From sequence record PV231353.1: a stretch of 64,000 bases of DNA; one strand, given 5' to 3'. The notes below the pieces were generated by a model. That model had not been told where the DNA came from, did not search any database, and was given only the letters and a program-made list of their open reading frames with translations. A program made the position numbers and the translations under genes. The stretch's first letter is position 1. Every line of letters starts with the position of its first letter. Of this stretch, positions 10,340 to 20,051 are shown piece by piece.

Positions 10340-13300
10340 CCGATTACACGCCGATCCTGAAGCTCCCTGAGGTCGCGCCGAACCAAAACCAGAAGGAAGA
10401 CACGATCAACACCGCGCTCGCCATCCTGGAGAGCGCGATGAACAACGTGAAGGTCTACACCCTCACCGGCGCGGGGCCGCGCAACCTCACCGAGGACGAC
10501 TACACCCGCTACTTCCTGCACCGGTTCTCGGGCCAGACCGCCGCCTACGAGGTCACCGTCCCGGCCGCCCTGCCGCGTTGGTTCGCGGTCGAGAACGCCG
10601 GCAGCTTCGCCATCACCGTGCGCTGCCAGGGCGTCACCGGCGGCCTGCCGTTCGAGGTGCCGCCCGGCAAGATCGGGCTGGCGGTCTCCGATGGTTCGGA
10701 CGTCCGCACCGTCGTGCCGCAGTCGGGCATGGGCCTGCTCCAGGACCTCTCGGACGTGTCGGGCGTGCCGACCGACAAACAGGTCCTGCGCTACGACGCC
10801 GCCACCAGTCTGTGGAAGCCCTCGACCTTCACGATGGCCTTCACCCAACTGACCGACGTGCCGGGCAGCTATTCGGCCCAGCAGGGCAAGCTTGTGGCGG
10901 TCAACGCCGCCGGCACGGGCCTGGAGTTCGTCACCTCGGCCTCCAACGTCAACGACTTCCTCGATCTCACCGACACGCCCAGTTCCTACGCGGGCGCGGC
11001 CGGCAAGACCGTCAAGGTCTCGTCGGGCGGCACGGGCCTCGTGTTCGGGAGCCCGACCTTCCTGGAGAGCACCGACACCCCGTCCAGCTACAGCGGCGGC
11101 GCCAACAAGTTCGTCCGGGTCAATCCCGGCTCCAGCGCCCTGATCTTCTCGGACGTCAAGCTGACCGACCTCTCGGACGGGCCGGGGACCTATACCGGCT
11201 TTGGGGGCATGTTCCTGCGCGTCAAGAACGACGGGACGGGGTTCGAATTCAACACCGGTTCGGGCGGCCCTGACAACTTCCTGGACCTGACCGACACGCC
11301 TGACGCGTACACGGGTCAGGCAAGCAAGGCCGTGCGCGTCAAATCCGACGTCTCGGGGCTGGAGTTCTATACCCCTAACTTCCTGCTGCTGTCGGACACC
11401 CCGGCTGATTACTCGGGCGCGGCCAACAAGGTCCTGCGCGTCAATGGCGCCGGCAACGCCGTCGTCTTCAGCACCTTGGCCTTCCAGGACCTCCAGAACG
11501 TCCCGACGGCCCAGGCCAACAAGTGGCTGCGCTGGAACCCGACCGCCACGGCGTTGATCAACGACACCCCGACCTTCTTGGGTCTGTCCGACACCCCGGC
11601 GGCCTATACGGGCAACGAGGGCAAGTACGTCTACGTCAAGGGGGATGGCTCGGGCCTGGGCTTCACCGCGACCTCGGCCAACCTGTCGTTCCTGGAGTTG
11701 AACGACACGATCGACACCACCTACGACTCCAAGACCGACATGGTGCCAATCGTCACCATCGTTTCGGGCTCGCCGGTCCTGCAACTGGGCTATTACGCCT
11801 TCGCCAAGCTGGCGGGGATCAGCCTGTCCTCGCCGACCAACGGGCAAATCCTCGGTTACAATTCGACCTCCGGCCTGTGGACCAACATCGACGCGCCCGA
11901 GGGCGGCGGCGGCGGCTCTATCGGCGTGCCGTCGTATGGGGCGCATCCCTATTGGCGCCTCCTCCTGCACGCCACCGACGGCTCGACCGTCGAGTACGGC
12001 ATCCAGGAGATCGAGTTCAAGCACACCAAGACGGGCGCTGATCTGGCCACTGGGGGTACCGCCTCGGCGTCCTCGACGGCCGAAGGCTCGCCGGACGGGG
12101 CGTTCGACGACACCGTGGGCGCGGCGTGGTTCTCCTCGACGGCGGCGGACGGCGAGTGGATCAAGTACCACTTCACCGCGCCGGTCGATGTGCGCTACCT
12201 GACCCTGAAGGGCTCGCAGTCGCGACCCAACGGCTCGCCCTCGGCCTTCTCGGTCCAGTACAGCGACGATGACTCGGTCTGGACCACCGCCTGGGAGGTG
12301 ACGGGCCAGACGGGGTGGGCGGCGGGTCAGACCCGCGAGTTCCACGCCCCGATCGACCTCTTCTTCACCGACCTCGCCGACGCCCCGCCCAGCTATATCG
12401 GGCAGGCGGGCAAGGCCCTGCGCGTCAACACCGGCGAGACGGCGCTGGAGTTCTTCACCCCCACCACGACGCTGGCGACCATGGGGGATGTCGACTTCAC
12501 CTTCCCGCCGACCGATGGCCAGTTCCTGCGCTATGACAACGCGACCGGCAAGTGGAAACCCTATACGCTGACGTCCGAAGGGCAGAAGGCGGCCTTCCGG
12601 GGCGAATGGTCCGGCTCGGGCGAGAACATCACCCTGACCTTTGACGCCTTGACCATTCCGAGCGTCCTGTCGCCGGACGCGCCGGGATGGACGATCGTCG
12701 GGCAGGCCGACGCGACGGCTGGCACCACGCAGGCGCTGAAGTCGCGCCCGATCGGCAATAGCGGGCTCTGCTACGTTGAGCAGACCGTCAATTTCGTCGG
12801 CGATACGCCGTTCAAGGTGCGCTACAAGGTCTCTTCCGAATCGGTCGACGTCTTCCGCATCCTGGTCGACGGCTCGGTCGTGCTTACCGACAGCGGCAAC
12901 AACGGGACGTTTGAAGAGTTCTCGACCACCCTGTCGGGTACGCACACCATCCGCTACCAGTACAGCAAGGACCCCAGCGTCGCGGTGGGGGACGACTGCG
13001 TCTATATCAGCCAGATCACCTACAAGAAGACGGCGGACACGCCGTTCATCTATGGTGACACCGTCACCTATCTCGGCAATACCTTCTTCTGCCTGATCGA
13101 CAACACCACCGAGACGCCGGGCGTGGGAACCGACTGGTCGATGTTCGGCGGCTCGGGCTCGGGCACCTTCCTGGGTCTCACCGACACCCCGGCCAGCTAT
13201 TCGGGACAGTCGCTCAAGGCCGTGCGGGTCAAGGCCGACGAGACGGGCCTGGAGTTCTACACCGCCGCGACGGGCGGGGGCGGTGGCTCGGGCGGCGCCC

Positions 13301-14577
13301 TGCCCGAGCGCACGCGCCTGCACCGCACCACCACCCAGTCGATCCCCTCGGCTACCTGGACGGCGGTCCAGTGGGATGCGGAACTGGAAGACCCGGTCGG
13401 GGCCTTCGTGTCGAGCGCTAATACACGCATCACCGTCCCGGCGGGCGTGCAGTATGCGCGGGTCACGGCCTATACGACCTGGAACACCAGCCCGACCAGC
13501 GCGACGATCGGTTTGGCGCTGCGCCGCAATGGCGTCGAAATCGGCGCCTCGGGCGGCACCAGCATCGCCGCTACCCGCACGGGTTTTGCCGAAAGCCACC
13601 TGAACCTCACCTCTGAATGGTTCCCGGTCACGGCGGGCGACTACTACGAGGTCTATGTCCTCCAGAACTCTGGCTCGGCCCAATCCCTGAACGGGCCGGT
13701 GACGAAGTTCGGCGAGAACTCCTATGTCCAGTTCGAGTGGGACGTGGGACCGGCGGCCCAGCAGTACGAAGCCCACGCCGCCCACAAGGGCTGGCGCGTG
13801 ATCGTCACCGAGAGCCAAACCGACACCTACGCGACCCTGGCGGAACTGAAGTTCTACGACCGGTCCGGAACCCTGGTCCCGACGACGGGCGGCAAGGTCT
13901 ACGACACCAACTCCCATGGGACCTATCCGGCCTCCCAGGCGTTCGACGGCAACACTGCCACCTACTGGTCGTCGTTGCAGCAGACCTCGACCGACCTTCC
14001 CGGCGGTCCGGGCTATATCTTCGCCTCGGGCGTCGACGTGGGGTCTTTCAAGATCACCACCACTGGCTCGGACTTCAACACCACCAACTCGCCCAAGAAC
14101 TTCTCGCTGCAATATACCGACGACGATGGCGCGTCGTGGAAGACCTACGCCGTCTACACCAACCAGACGGGTTGGGGCGTCAGCGAGGAGCGCACCTTCA
14201 CGGTCCCCGTCGTGGGTGTGGCGGCCAACGCACCGGGTGGGGGCGATACCACGGCCGACTTCGGCTCCTTCATCGCCGGCAAGCCCCTGGCCAATGAAAA
14301 GGCGATCCGCTTCGTGGTCGCCACCCCGTTCACGGTCACGACCGGCCTCCACCAGGGCTCGGCCGAGACGGCGGCGACGGCCTCGCGCACGTTCAGCTTC
14401 GCCAAGAATGGCGTCGAGTTCCTGACCGCGACCTTCGCGGCGGCGGGGACGGTGGCGACGTTCTCGGCCAACGCCGCCACGAGTTTTGCCGCCGGGGACG
14501 TGCTGATGATCACCGCCCCGTCGACCCAGGACGCCACCCTGGCGGACATTTCCTTCACGCTCAAGGGAACCCGATAG
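10336..14577 (+). CDS. Long tail fibre / receptor-binding protein with repeats and discoidin-like (F5/8C) domains
   Basis: 1413 aa; about 9 copies of 'FL.L.DTP.SY.G...K.V.V......LEF'; two related beta-sandwich domains ('HPYWRL...', 'HKGWRV...'). Confidence 0.8.
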   Translation: MTDYTPILKLPEVAPNQNQKEDTINTALAILESAMNNVKVYTLTGAGPRNLTEDDYTRYFLHRFSGQTAAYEVTVPAALPRWFAVENAGSFAITVRCQGVTGGLPFEVPPGKIGLAVSDGSDVRTVVPQSGMGLLQDLSDVSGVPTDKQVLRYDAATSLWKPSTFTMAFTQLTDVPGSYSAQQGKLVAVNAAGTGLEFVTSASNVNDFLDLTDTPSSYAGAAGKTVKVSSGGTGLVFGSPTFLESTDTPSSYSGGANKFVRVNPGSSALIFSDVKLTDLSDGPGTYTGFGGMFLRVKNDGTGFEFNTGSGGPDNFLDLTDTPDAYTGQASKAVRVKSDVSGLEFYTPNFLLLSDTPADYSGAANKVLRVNGAGNAVVFSTLAFQDLQNVPTAQANKWLRWNPTATALINDTPTFLGLSDTPAAYTGNEGKYVYVKGDGSGLGFTATSANLSFLELNDTIDTTYDSKTDMVPIVTIVSGSPVLQLGYYAFAKLAGISLSSPTNGQILGYNSTSGLWTNIDAPEGGGGGSIGVPSYGAHPYWRLLLHATDGSTVEYGIQEIEFKHTKTGADLATGGTASASSTAEGSPDGAFDDTVGAAWFSSTAADGEWIKYHFTAPVDVRYLTLKGSQSRPNGSPSAFSVQYSDDDSVWTTAWEVTGQTGWAAGQTREFHAPIDLFFTDLADAPPSYIGQAGKALRVNTGETALEFFTPTTTLATMGDVDFTFPPTDGQFLRYDNATGKWKPYTLTSEGQKAAFRGEWSGSGENITLTFDALTIPSVLSPDAPGWTIVGQADATAGTTQALKSRPIGNSGLCYVEQTVNFVGDTPFKVRYKVSSESVDVFRILVDGSVVLTDSGNNGTFEEFSTTLSGTHTIRYQYSKDPSVAVGDDCVYISQITYKKTADTPFIYGDTVTYLGNTFFCLIDNTTETPGVGTDWSMFGGSGSGTFLGLTDTPASYSGQSLKAVRVKADETGLEFYTAATGGGGGSGGALPERTRLHRTTTQSIPSATWTAVQWDAELEDPVGAFVSSANTRITVPAGVQYARVTAYTTWNTSPTSATIGLALRRNGVEIGASGGTSIAATRTGFAESHLNLTSEWFPVTAGDYYEVYVLQNSGSAQSLNGPVTKFGENSYVQFEWDVGPAAQQYEAHAAHKGWRVIVTESQTDTYATLAELKFYDRSGTLVPTTGGKVYDTNSHGTYPASQAFDGNTATYWSSLQQTSTDLPGGPGYIFASGVDVGSFKITTTGSDFNTTNSPKNFSLQYTDDDGASWKTYAVYTNQTGWGVSEERTFTVPVVGVAANAPGGGDTTADFGSFIAGKPLANEKAIRFVVATPFTVTTGLHQGSAETAATASRTFSFAKNGVEFLTATFAAAGTVATFSANAATSFAAGDVLMITAPSTQDATLADISFTLKGTR

Positions 14578-14787
14578 ATGGCCGACGGAACGGCTCGCGT
14601 TACACAGGAGACGGTGGAGGTCATCTCCACCGGCCCCAAGCCCGTTCGCCTCACCCAGGAGACGGTGGAGATCATCTCGACCTCCAAGCGCCCCGCCCGT
14701 TTGACCCAGGTCACCTTGGAGGTGATCCGATCGGTCGGGGTCGCGGCGGAGCGCCCGCGTCGCCTCATCTTCATGCTCGGAGCCTGA
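14578..14787 (+). CDS. Small tail-module protein with three internal repeats
   Basis: 'R(V/L)TQ(E/V)T(V/L)E(V/I)I(S/R)' three times; abuts both neighbours. Confidence 0.7.
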   Translation: MADGTARVTQETVEVISTGPKPVRLTQETVEIISTSKRPARLTQVTLEVIRSVGVAAERPRRLIFMLGA

Positions 14788-14788
14788 C

Positions 14789-15877
14789 ATGGCCTATATT
14801 TTCGTCGACGGCTGCGACAGCGGTAGCAACGCCAATAACACCGTGATGGCTCAGAAGTGGAGTTGGGCCGTCACCAACACGAGCTACCTTAACTGGGGCG
14901 GTACGGGACGCTTCGGCGGTCAGGCCTACTATGGCGGAGCCACCACGCTCAACATCTATGGCGCCGGGAAAGCCTTCCCGCTTACCGGGACGGCGGTCGG
15001 CACCGATGAGTTCTTCATGGGGTGCAGCCTCTACGCGGCCGGCACGACGAGCGGGGGCTACATCATGGCGTTCCAGAACTCGACTCCGGTGCTCGATGGG
15101 TCGGTCACCTTCAGCACGGGGTCGGCGCCCACCCAATTGTCGATCCGCCTGACCGGTTCGATGACTCTGGCGATCTATCGGGGCGCGACGCTCCTGGCGA
15201 CGGGCACCACGGTCCTGACGGCGGGCCAATGGTATCGCATCGAGGCGCGGATCGTGATCTCCAACACCGGGGTGTTCGATATTCGCCTGAACGGCAATCC
15301 CGAGATCACTTTCTCAGGCGACACTTACGATACGGGCGACCAGGGCGTGCGGCAGTTCTGCATCGTTCCGACCGCCAATACCTCCGCGTCGCTACGTTTT
15401 GACGACATCGTGCTCTACAACAGCGCGGCGGTCGAGGGCGAGCCGACGACGTGGCTGGGCGACCTACGGATCGACACCCTGCGGCCGACCGCCAACGGCG
15501 ACGTCGTCAACTCCACGCCGCTCTCGGGCGCGGCCTATGCGGCGGTCGACGAGGTGGCCTCCGACGGCGACACCACCTATACCGAGTCGACCAACATCGG
15601 CGACAAGGACCTCTACCAGCTTAGCGACCTGACCGAAACGCCGCAGACGATCCATGCCGTGGTCGTCACCGCGATGGCCAAGTCGACGGGCACGACCAAC
15701 CGGGCGATCAAGCTCAAGGTCAAGTCGAGCGTCGAGGGCGACAGCGCCGCCAAGACCGTGCCGCTGAGCGCCTATGGCGGCCTTCAAGCGACGTTCTCGC
15801 GCGATCCGGCGACGGCGGCGGCCTGGACCGCGACCGCCGTCAACGGCATGCAGGCGGGCTGGCAGGTCGATACCTGA
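14789..15877 (+). CDS. Putative tail protein with concanavalin A/LamG-like lectin fold
   Basis: beta-rich; 'QWYRIEARI...G.FDIRLNG', 'FDDI.L' motifs. Confidence 0.65.
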   Translation: MAYIFVDGCDSGSNANNTVMAQKWSWAVTNTSYLNWGGTGRFGGQAYYGGATTLNIYGAGKAFPLTGTAVGTDEFFMGCSLYAAGTTSGGYIMAFQNSTPVLDGSVTFSTGSAPTQLSIRLTGSMTLAIYRGATLLATGTTVLTAGQWYRIEARIVISNTGVFDIRLNGNPEITFSGDTYDTGDQGVRQFCIVPTANTSASLRFDDIVLYNSAAVEGEPTTWLGDLRIDTLRPTANGDVVNSTPLSGAAYAAVDEVASDGDTTYTESTNIGDKDLYQLSDLTETPQTIHAVVVTAMAKSTGTTNRAIKLKVKSSVEGDSAAKTVPLSAYGGLQATFSRDPATAAAWTATAVNGMQAGWQVDT

Positions 15878-15956
15878 CGAATGTCGTGAATCTTGACATC
15901 GGCAGGTTTCCGGACCATAGTCAAGACCTTAATTTTCAGCACTTCCGGAATTCAAC

Positions 15957-16598
15957 ATGCGTGTCTCCGACACCGGCCTGAAGCTGATCCAGGCCTGGGA
16001 AGGTCTGGGCGACGGGAATCCCGCCACGGTCGACCTGGAGCCTTACATCTGCCCGGCCAAGGTCTGGACGGTCGGCTGGGGGCACGCCCTGAAGACGCCG
16101 ACCGGTCAGATCATCGATGTCGACGTCTTCGGCGCCGCCAGGGCCAAGGTCCTGGCGGCCGAATCCATGCAGCGCAAGTTCGGCAAGGGCGCGATCACCC
16201 GTGATCAGGCCGTCGCCCTGCTGCGCGAGGATGTCACGGGCTTCGAGCGCTCGGTCGACAAGATGATCGGCGCGGCCGGCGCCACCCAGGCCCAGTTCGA
16301 CGCCCTGGTCTCGTTCGCCTTCAACTGCGGTTCGGCCAACCTCCAGTCCTCGACCCTCCTGCGCCTGCACAACGCCGGCAAGCGCGCGGTGGGCGACGTG
16401 TCGATGTCGGCGCTCTGCAAGGAGAGCAAGCTCTCCACGCCGATCGGCAACATCGCCGTGGCCTTCTCGCGCTGGAACAAGGTCAACAAGGTCTGGGCGC
16501 TGGGACTGTTCCGCCGCCGGCTGTCCGAGGTCCTGGTCTATGGCGGGCATAATCCCGACGAGGCGGTCAAGGCCGCCCAGGGCTTCAAGGGCTGCTGA
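15957..16598 (+). CDS. Endolysin (GH24 phage lysozyme)
   Basis: 'I..WEG...Y.CPA.VWT.GWGH', 'QFDALVSFAFN.G', 'GL.RRR..E'. Confidence 0.92.
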   Translation: MRVSDTGLKLIQAWEGLGDGNPATVDLEPYICPAKVWTVGWGHALKTPTGQIIDVDVFGAARAKVLAAESMQRKFGKGAITRDQAVALLREDVTGFERSVDKMIGAAGATQAQFDALVSFAFNCGSANLQSSTLLRLHNAGKRAVGDVSMSALCKESKLSTPIGNIAVAFSRWNKVNKVWALGLFRRRLSEVLVYGGHNPDEAVKAAQGFKGC

Positions 16599-16600
16599 TC

Positions 16601-17089
16601 ATGAGTCTGTTCGGTGTCATCGCCCTGGCCTGGAAGTTCTTCCTCAACCCGGCCGTCATGGGCGTCGTCTTCGCGGCGATCGCCGCCTTGACGGGATTGT
16701 GGCTGCTGGGCGGCCCGGTCCTGTTCTGGAAGGTGGTGCGCGACGCCCGGCTCTGGCTCGTCGTCGCCTGCGCGGCGGTGATCTTCGGCTACGCCCATCT
16801 CCAGACCAAGCTCGAAAAGGCCGAGCAGCGCCTGGAGGAGATCGCCGACCAGAAGCAGGCTCATGACGACGGCCAGGAGGTCGTCAAGAACAACATCAAA
16901 AAGCAGGTCAAGCGCGCCAAGCAGGCGGCCAAGTACCAAGAGGTTATTCACGATGCCCCGACTGGCGAAAAGCTCGACGCGCTCCTCGACGAGTTCGCGC
17001 GTGATCAAGGCGGTGCTGCTCCCGTCCCTGGTGATGCTCAGCCTGACCCTGGCGGCGTGTCAAACCGTCCCGGTCGGATTCTCCCCTGA
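16601..17089 (+). CDS. Inner-membrane spanin candidate (Rz-like)
   Basis: N-terminal TM helices then coiled coil; follows endolysin and overlaps a lipoprotein gene. Confidence 0.65.
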   Translation: MSLFGVIALAWKFFLNPAVMGVVFAAIAALTGLWLLGGPVLFWKVVRDARLWLVVACAAVIFGYAHLQTKLEKAEQRLEEIADQKQAHDDGQEVVKNNIKKQVKRAKQAAKYQEVIHDAPTGEKLDALLDEFARDQGGAAPVPGDAQPDPGGVSNRPGRILP

Positions 17090-17342
17090 CGACCTCTATC
17101 CCAAGGAACTGCGGACCTGCGCGCCCGCGCCGCAGGTTCCCCCGCGCCCGGCGCCCGGCGCGCCCCGCCCTGAGGACGTCCAGGCCGGCTACGTCAAGGA
17201 TGACCATCTCGCCGGCGCCGACTGCCGCGACAAGGTCGAATCCTGGAACGAGCGGGCTGTCAAGTACGAGGCCCAGTACAAGGCCATGAACGCCGGCCCG
17301 GTCGGCAAGTTCTTCGGCAAGCTCAAGGGAAAGACGCAGTGA
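17001..17342 (+). CDS. Outer-membrane lipoprotein spanin (Rz1-like)
   Basis: GTG start inferred; signal peptide with lipobox 'LAAC'; Pro-rich; overlaps the i-spanin 3' end in another frame. Confidence 0.75.
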   Translation: MIKAVLLPSLVMLSLTLAACQTVPVGFSPDDLYPKELRTCAPAPQVPPRPAPGAPRPEDVQAGYVKDDHLAGADCRDKVESWNERAVKYEAQYKAMNAGPVGKFFGKLKGKTQ

Positions 17343-17818
17343 CGCCACCCTGGATCGCCGCGCCGCTGCGGGTCTGCGGCAACTTCTTTCGCTGGGTCCG
17401 CTTGACCCTGGACACGCTCTGCGATCGCCCTGACCACCTCCAGCGCCTGTCGATCATCGGCTCGGGCATGGCGGCCTTCCCGCTGATCATCGGGATCATC
17501 GCGATCCTGGTGCATTTCGGTCTGCACGGGCCGGACAGCGCCGCCGCCCTGGCGACCATCCCGATCATCGGCAACATGGGCTATGGCGCCCTGGCGCTCT
17601 ACGCCCTCTCCCAGGTGGCGCTCCTGGGGATCATCAAGGGCGTGCGTCTTTCCGGTCCCGGCGGCGTCAATGTCGAGATCGAGACCACCTCGGGCGATGG
17701 CGACGGCCTGTCCGATACCCACACCACGATCGTCGAGCGCGGCCGGCGTCACGGCCGCGATCGCGATTGTGCCCCCAACCCTCAAGCCGGCTCTGGCGCC
17801 GGCGCTATCACGGAGTAG
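17339..17818 (+). CDS. Membrane protein, holin candidate
   Basis: Two hydrophobic helices and a charged C-terminus in the lysis cassette. Confidence 0.5.
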   Translation: MTPPWIAAPLRVCGNFFRWVRLTLDTLCDRPDHLQRLSIIGSGMAAFPLIIGIIAILVHFGLHGPDSAAALATIPIIGNMGYGALALYALSQVALLGIIKGVRLSGPGGVNVEIETTSGDGDGLSDTHTTIVERGRRHGRDRDCAPNPQAGSGAGAITE

Positions 17819-17823
17819 GGACC

Positions 17824-17997
17824 ATGCGCGAAGGCTTCATGCTGGAAGGCTATGGCGGTCTGAAGATCGGTCCGGGCGGCGGGGCTGGCCCGTACACGAC
17901 CTTGGGCGACGGCGGCTCGGAAGGCTGCATCCCGGTCAAGGACGACATCTCCGGCGACAGCGGGACCGAGATCATCTCCCCGCTCGGCTATGGCTAA
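17824..17997 (+). CDS. Small Gly-rich hypothetical protein
   Basis: GGAG RBS upstream of ATG 17824; codon bias like neighbours. Confidence 0.55.
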   Translation: MREGFMLEGYGGLKIGPGGGAGPYTTLGDGGSEGCIPVKDDISGDSGTEIISPLGYG

Positions 17998-18028
17998 CCT
18001 TGCGACATAACGTCGCATGTCATGATCC

Positions 18029-18057
18029 TTGACAGAACGACGATCTTCGAGTATGGT
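18029..18057 (+). promoter_or_regulatory. Sigma70-type promoter
   Basis: TTGACA-N17-TATGGT. Confidence 0.75.
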
Positions 18058-18061
18058 CGCG

Positions 18062-18355
18062 GCTCTTCGACGGCATCCCACCGTCACCCATGGCTCGCGA
18101 CCCACCGTTCGCAGGGAGATGCTCGCGACCAAGGCGGTAGCCGGAACGACGCTAGGCTGCAAAGCCAAGCCTCCGGAACACGCAGCAGCCGGCTGGAACG
18201 CTAGGCCGTTACGTCCAAACGGGGCCAGGACCTGTGAGGCGAAAGCCGAAAGGCCCCACCACCCGACAAGGGTTCACGCGTGATGCGGAAGAGGGACGTC
18301 AGTCCTGAAGTGTCTCAGGTGCAGAAGGCCCGCCGGTTTCCCGGCGGGCCTTTTT
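18062..18355 (+). ncRNA. Unassigned ~290-nt structured RNA
   Basis: Own promoter and terminator; 5'/3' pairing CTCTTC/GAAGAG; GNRA hairpins; loop ACGTCC complementary to GGACGT. Confidence 0.6.
18326..18355 (+). terminator. Rho-independent terminator
   Basis: aggcccgccgg-tttc-ccggcgggcct followed by T-run. Confidence 0.9.
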
Positions 18356-18374
18356 CTGGTCTGGGGACTAGGAC

Positions 18375-19175
18375 TTAGTCGACCGCTTCCAGGCGCCGGC
18401 GCTTGGGCGCGCTCGCCGGCAGGGACGGGGCCAGATCGCCGATCTTGCCGACCACCTTGCCGAGGAACACGATCCGCTTGGGATCAACGTCGACATGATC
18501 CTTCAGGTCGGCGCTATAGACCCGGAACGCGCCGCCCTTGGAGGGACGGGTGACGTGCGCGACCTGCATGACCTTGTCCAGGCCGTAGACGAACTCGCCG
18601 CCGGCGGTGCTGGGCTCGACATCGCGGCGGACCACCGCCATGTCGCCCGGCTTGAGGCCAGGGGCGAAGTCGTGGATCGGGGCCAGGGCCAGATCGGTCG
18701 GCTCGGCCTCGAAGCGCTCGCGAAGCCAGTCGGGATCGAGGTTCCAGGTCCGGGCGCGCTTGAACTCGCCAAGGCGGCCTTTGAAGGTCACTTCCTCGAC
18801 CGGGTTGGGCGCGCCGACCCCGAAGGTGATGTATTCGGGCGTCGTCTTCAGGACGTGGGCGATCTGCTCCAGCACGTCGATGTGCGGCTTGACGCTGTCG
18901 GACTCGTACATGATGTACGCCGTGCGCGCCAGCGGCCGGCGCTCGCCCGCCTGCTTCGGCTCCCAGCCCGGTTTGGTGCTGGAGTCCTTGCGGGAATTGC
19001 TCTGCTGGGTCAGGAAGATCATCTTGGCGACCTGTTCCTGAGTCAGGTCGAGGGCCTTCCGGCAGGCGGTGATCCGCTGCCCGATGGTCTGAGGATGCGC
19101 AAGATCGGCATCCTTGTGGATCAAGGAACGAGCGCGATGGGGCACCATCGGCTTCAGTTCGGCCACGGCTTGCAT
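18375..19175 (-). CDS. XRE-family HTH regulator with S24-like C-terminal domain
   Basis: 'IGQRI...RK.L.LTQEQVA' HTH, 'LEQIA.VL.TTPEYI.FG', C-terminal 'GKVVG'; GGAGGAG RBS. Confidence 0.75.
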   Translation of the reverse strand: MQAVAELKPMVPHRARSLIHKDADLAHPQTIGQRITACRKALDLTQEQVAKMIFLTQQSNSRKDSSTKPGWEPKQAGERRPLARTAYIMYESDSVKPHIDVLEQIAHVLKTTPEYITFGVGAPNPVEEVTFKGRLGEFKRARTWNLDPDWLRERFEAEPTDLALAPIHDFAPGLKPGDMAVVRRDVEPSTAGGEFVYGLDKVMQVAHVTRPSKGGAFRVYSADLKDHVDVDPKRIVFLGKVVGKIGDLAPSLPASAPKRRRLEAVD

Positions 19176-19351
19176 TTCGTTCTCCTCCGTCCGTCGGGAA
19201 CCGCGTCATTCGGTGTCGGGGTAACACCTGACATTTGCGATGGTTCCACGCCGCAACGTTTCCTTGTCGAAATTGACAAAGAGGGGATGTACACCCTCTT
19301 TGGCAACACATCAAGGCCAGAGATGAAAAAGTTGTTAACCCGACTTAAGGC

Positions 19352-19834
19352 TCAGGCGCCGGTCGAGCCGAAGCCGCCCGCGCCCCGTTCGGTGTCGTCC
19401 AGGCTATCGACCTCGACGACCGGCACGATCAGGCACTGTTCGAGGATGATCTGGGCGATGCGATCGCCGGGCTTGATCTCCACGGTCTCCCCGAAGAAGG
19501 GCGCGCCGAAGACGTCGGCCTGCTTGCCGTGGTGGGTCAGGATGACCTTGACCTCGCCGGTGTAATCCTCGTCCACCACGCCGGCCAGGACCCCGATGCC
19601 CTTGACGCCCAGGCCCGAGCGCGGGGCGACGCGGGCGTAGGTTCCCTCGGGCGCGGTGATCGAGAGGCCCGTCGACAGCAGGGCGCGATCGCCGGGGTTC
19701 AGGCGCACTGTCGTCTCGCCGTCGTAATAGACGTCCAGGCCGGCGGCCTTGGGCGAGCCCCGCGTCGGGAGCTTGGCGGTCTGGGTCAGGCGCTTGACCT
19801 TCAGGACCGGGCCGTCGTGCTTCACCTTGGTCAA
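19352..19834 (-). CDS. dut: dUTPase
   Basis: Motifs 'AAGLD', 'PRSGL', 'GV.D.DY.GE', 'GDRIAQ', 'RG.GGFGSTG'. Confidence 0.97.
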   Translation of the reverse strand: MTKVKHDGPVLKVKRLTQTAKLPTRGSPKAAGLDVYYDGETTVRLNPGDRALLSTGLSITAPEGTYARVAPRSGLGVKGIGVLAGVVDEDYTGEVKVILTHHGKQADVFGAPFFGETVEIKPGDRIAQIILEQCLIVPVVEVDSLDDTERGAGGFGSTGA

Positions 19835-20051
19835 ACCCCTCGCCTCCTCCCAGGACAGAAACTGGACGTCGCGCGTGAACCGCCCGTAGAGAGCGACGTT
19901 CTGGTCGACGCCTGAGCGGACGTCCGCCTCGATGCCGGCGCCCCGAAGGGCGTCGGCGAGGGTGTAGGCCTGCTCAGCTTGCGCAGCCCTTGATAGAAGA
20001 CGGTAGCTCGGCCGTAAAGGTGGGTCGGGGACATTATTTTCGGGCCTCTGG

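Noticed and set aside
10850-13260. Diversity-generating retroelement or tandem DNA repeat in the fibre gene
   Set aside because: Repeats are protein-level with synonymous divergence; no reverse transcriptase or template/variable repeat pair in the window.
3703-14790. Very long minus-strand ORFs (e.g. 5942-10336, 9679-14790) and similar shadows elsewhere (25517-27994, 46852-50853)
   Set aside because: Antisense shadows of real genes caused by high GC3; no motifs or RBS; the opposite-strand genes carry recognisable domains.
18029-18283. 84-aa ORF as a protein gene
   Set aside because: Its TTG 'start' is the -35 box of the promoter, so it would not be in the transcript; no RBS.
18062-18320. 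RNase P, SRP or group I/II intron identity for the 18-kb RNA
   Set aside because: Conserved cores (P4 GAGGAAAGUCC, SRP helix 8, intron P7 or domain V) not found by eye.
19335-19348. Full CtrA box TTAA-N7-TTAA
   Set aside because: Spacing is 6 nt (TTAA-CCCGAC-TTAA); kept only as a half-site.
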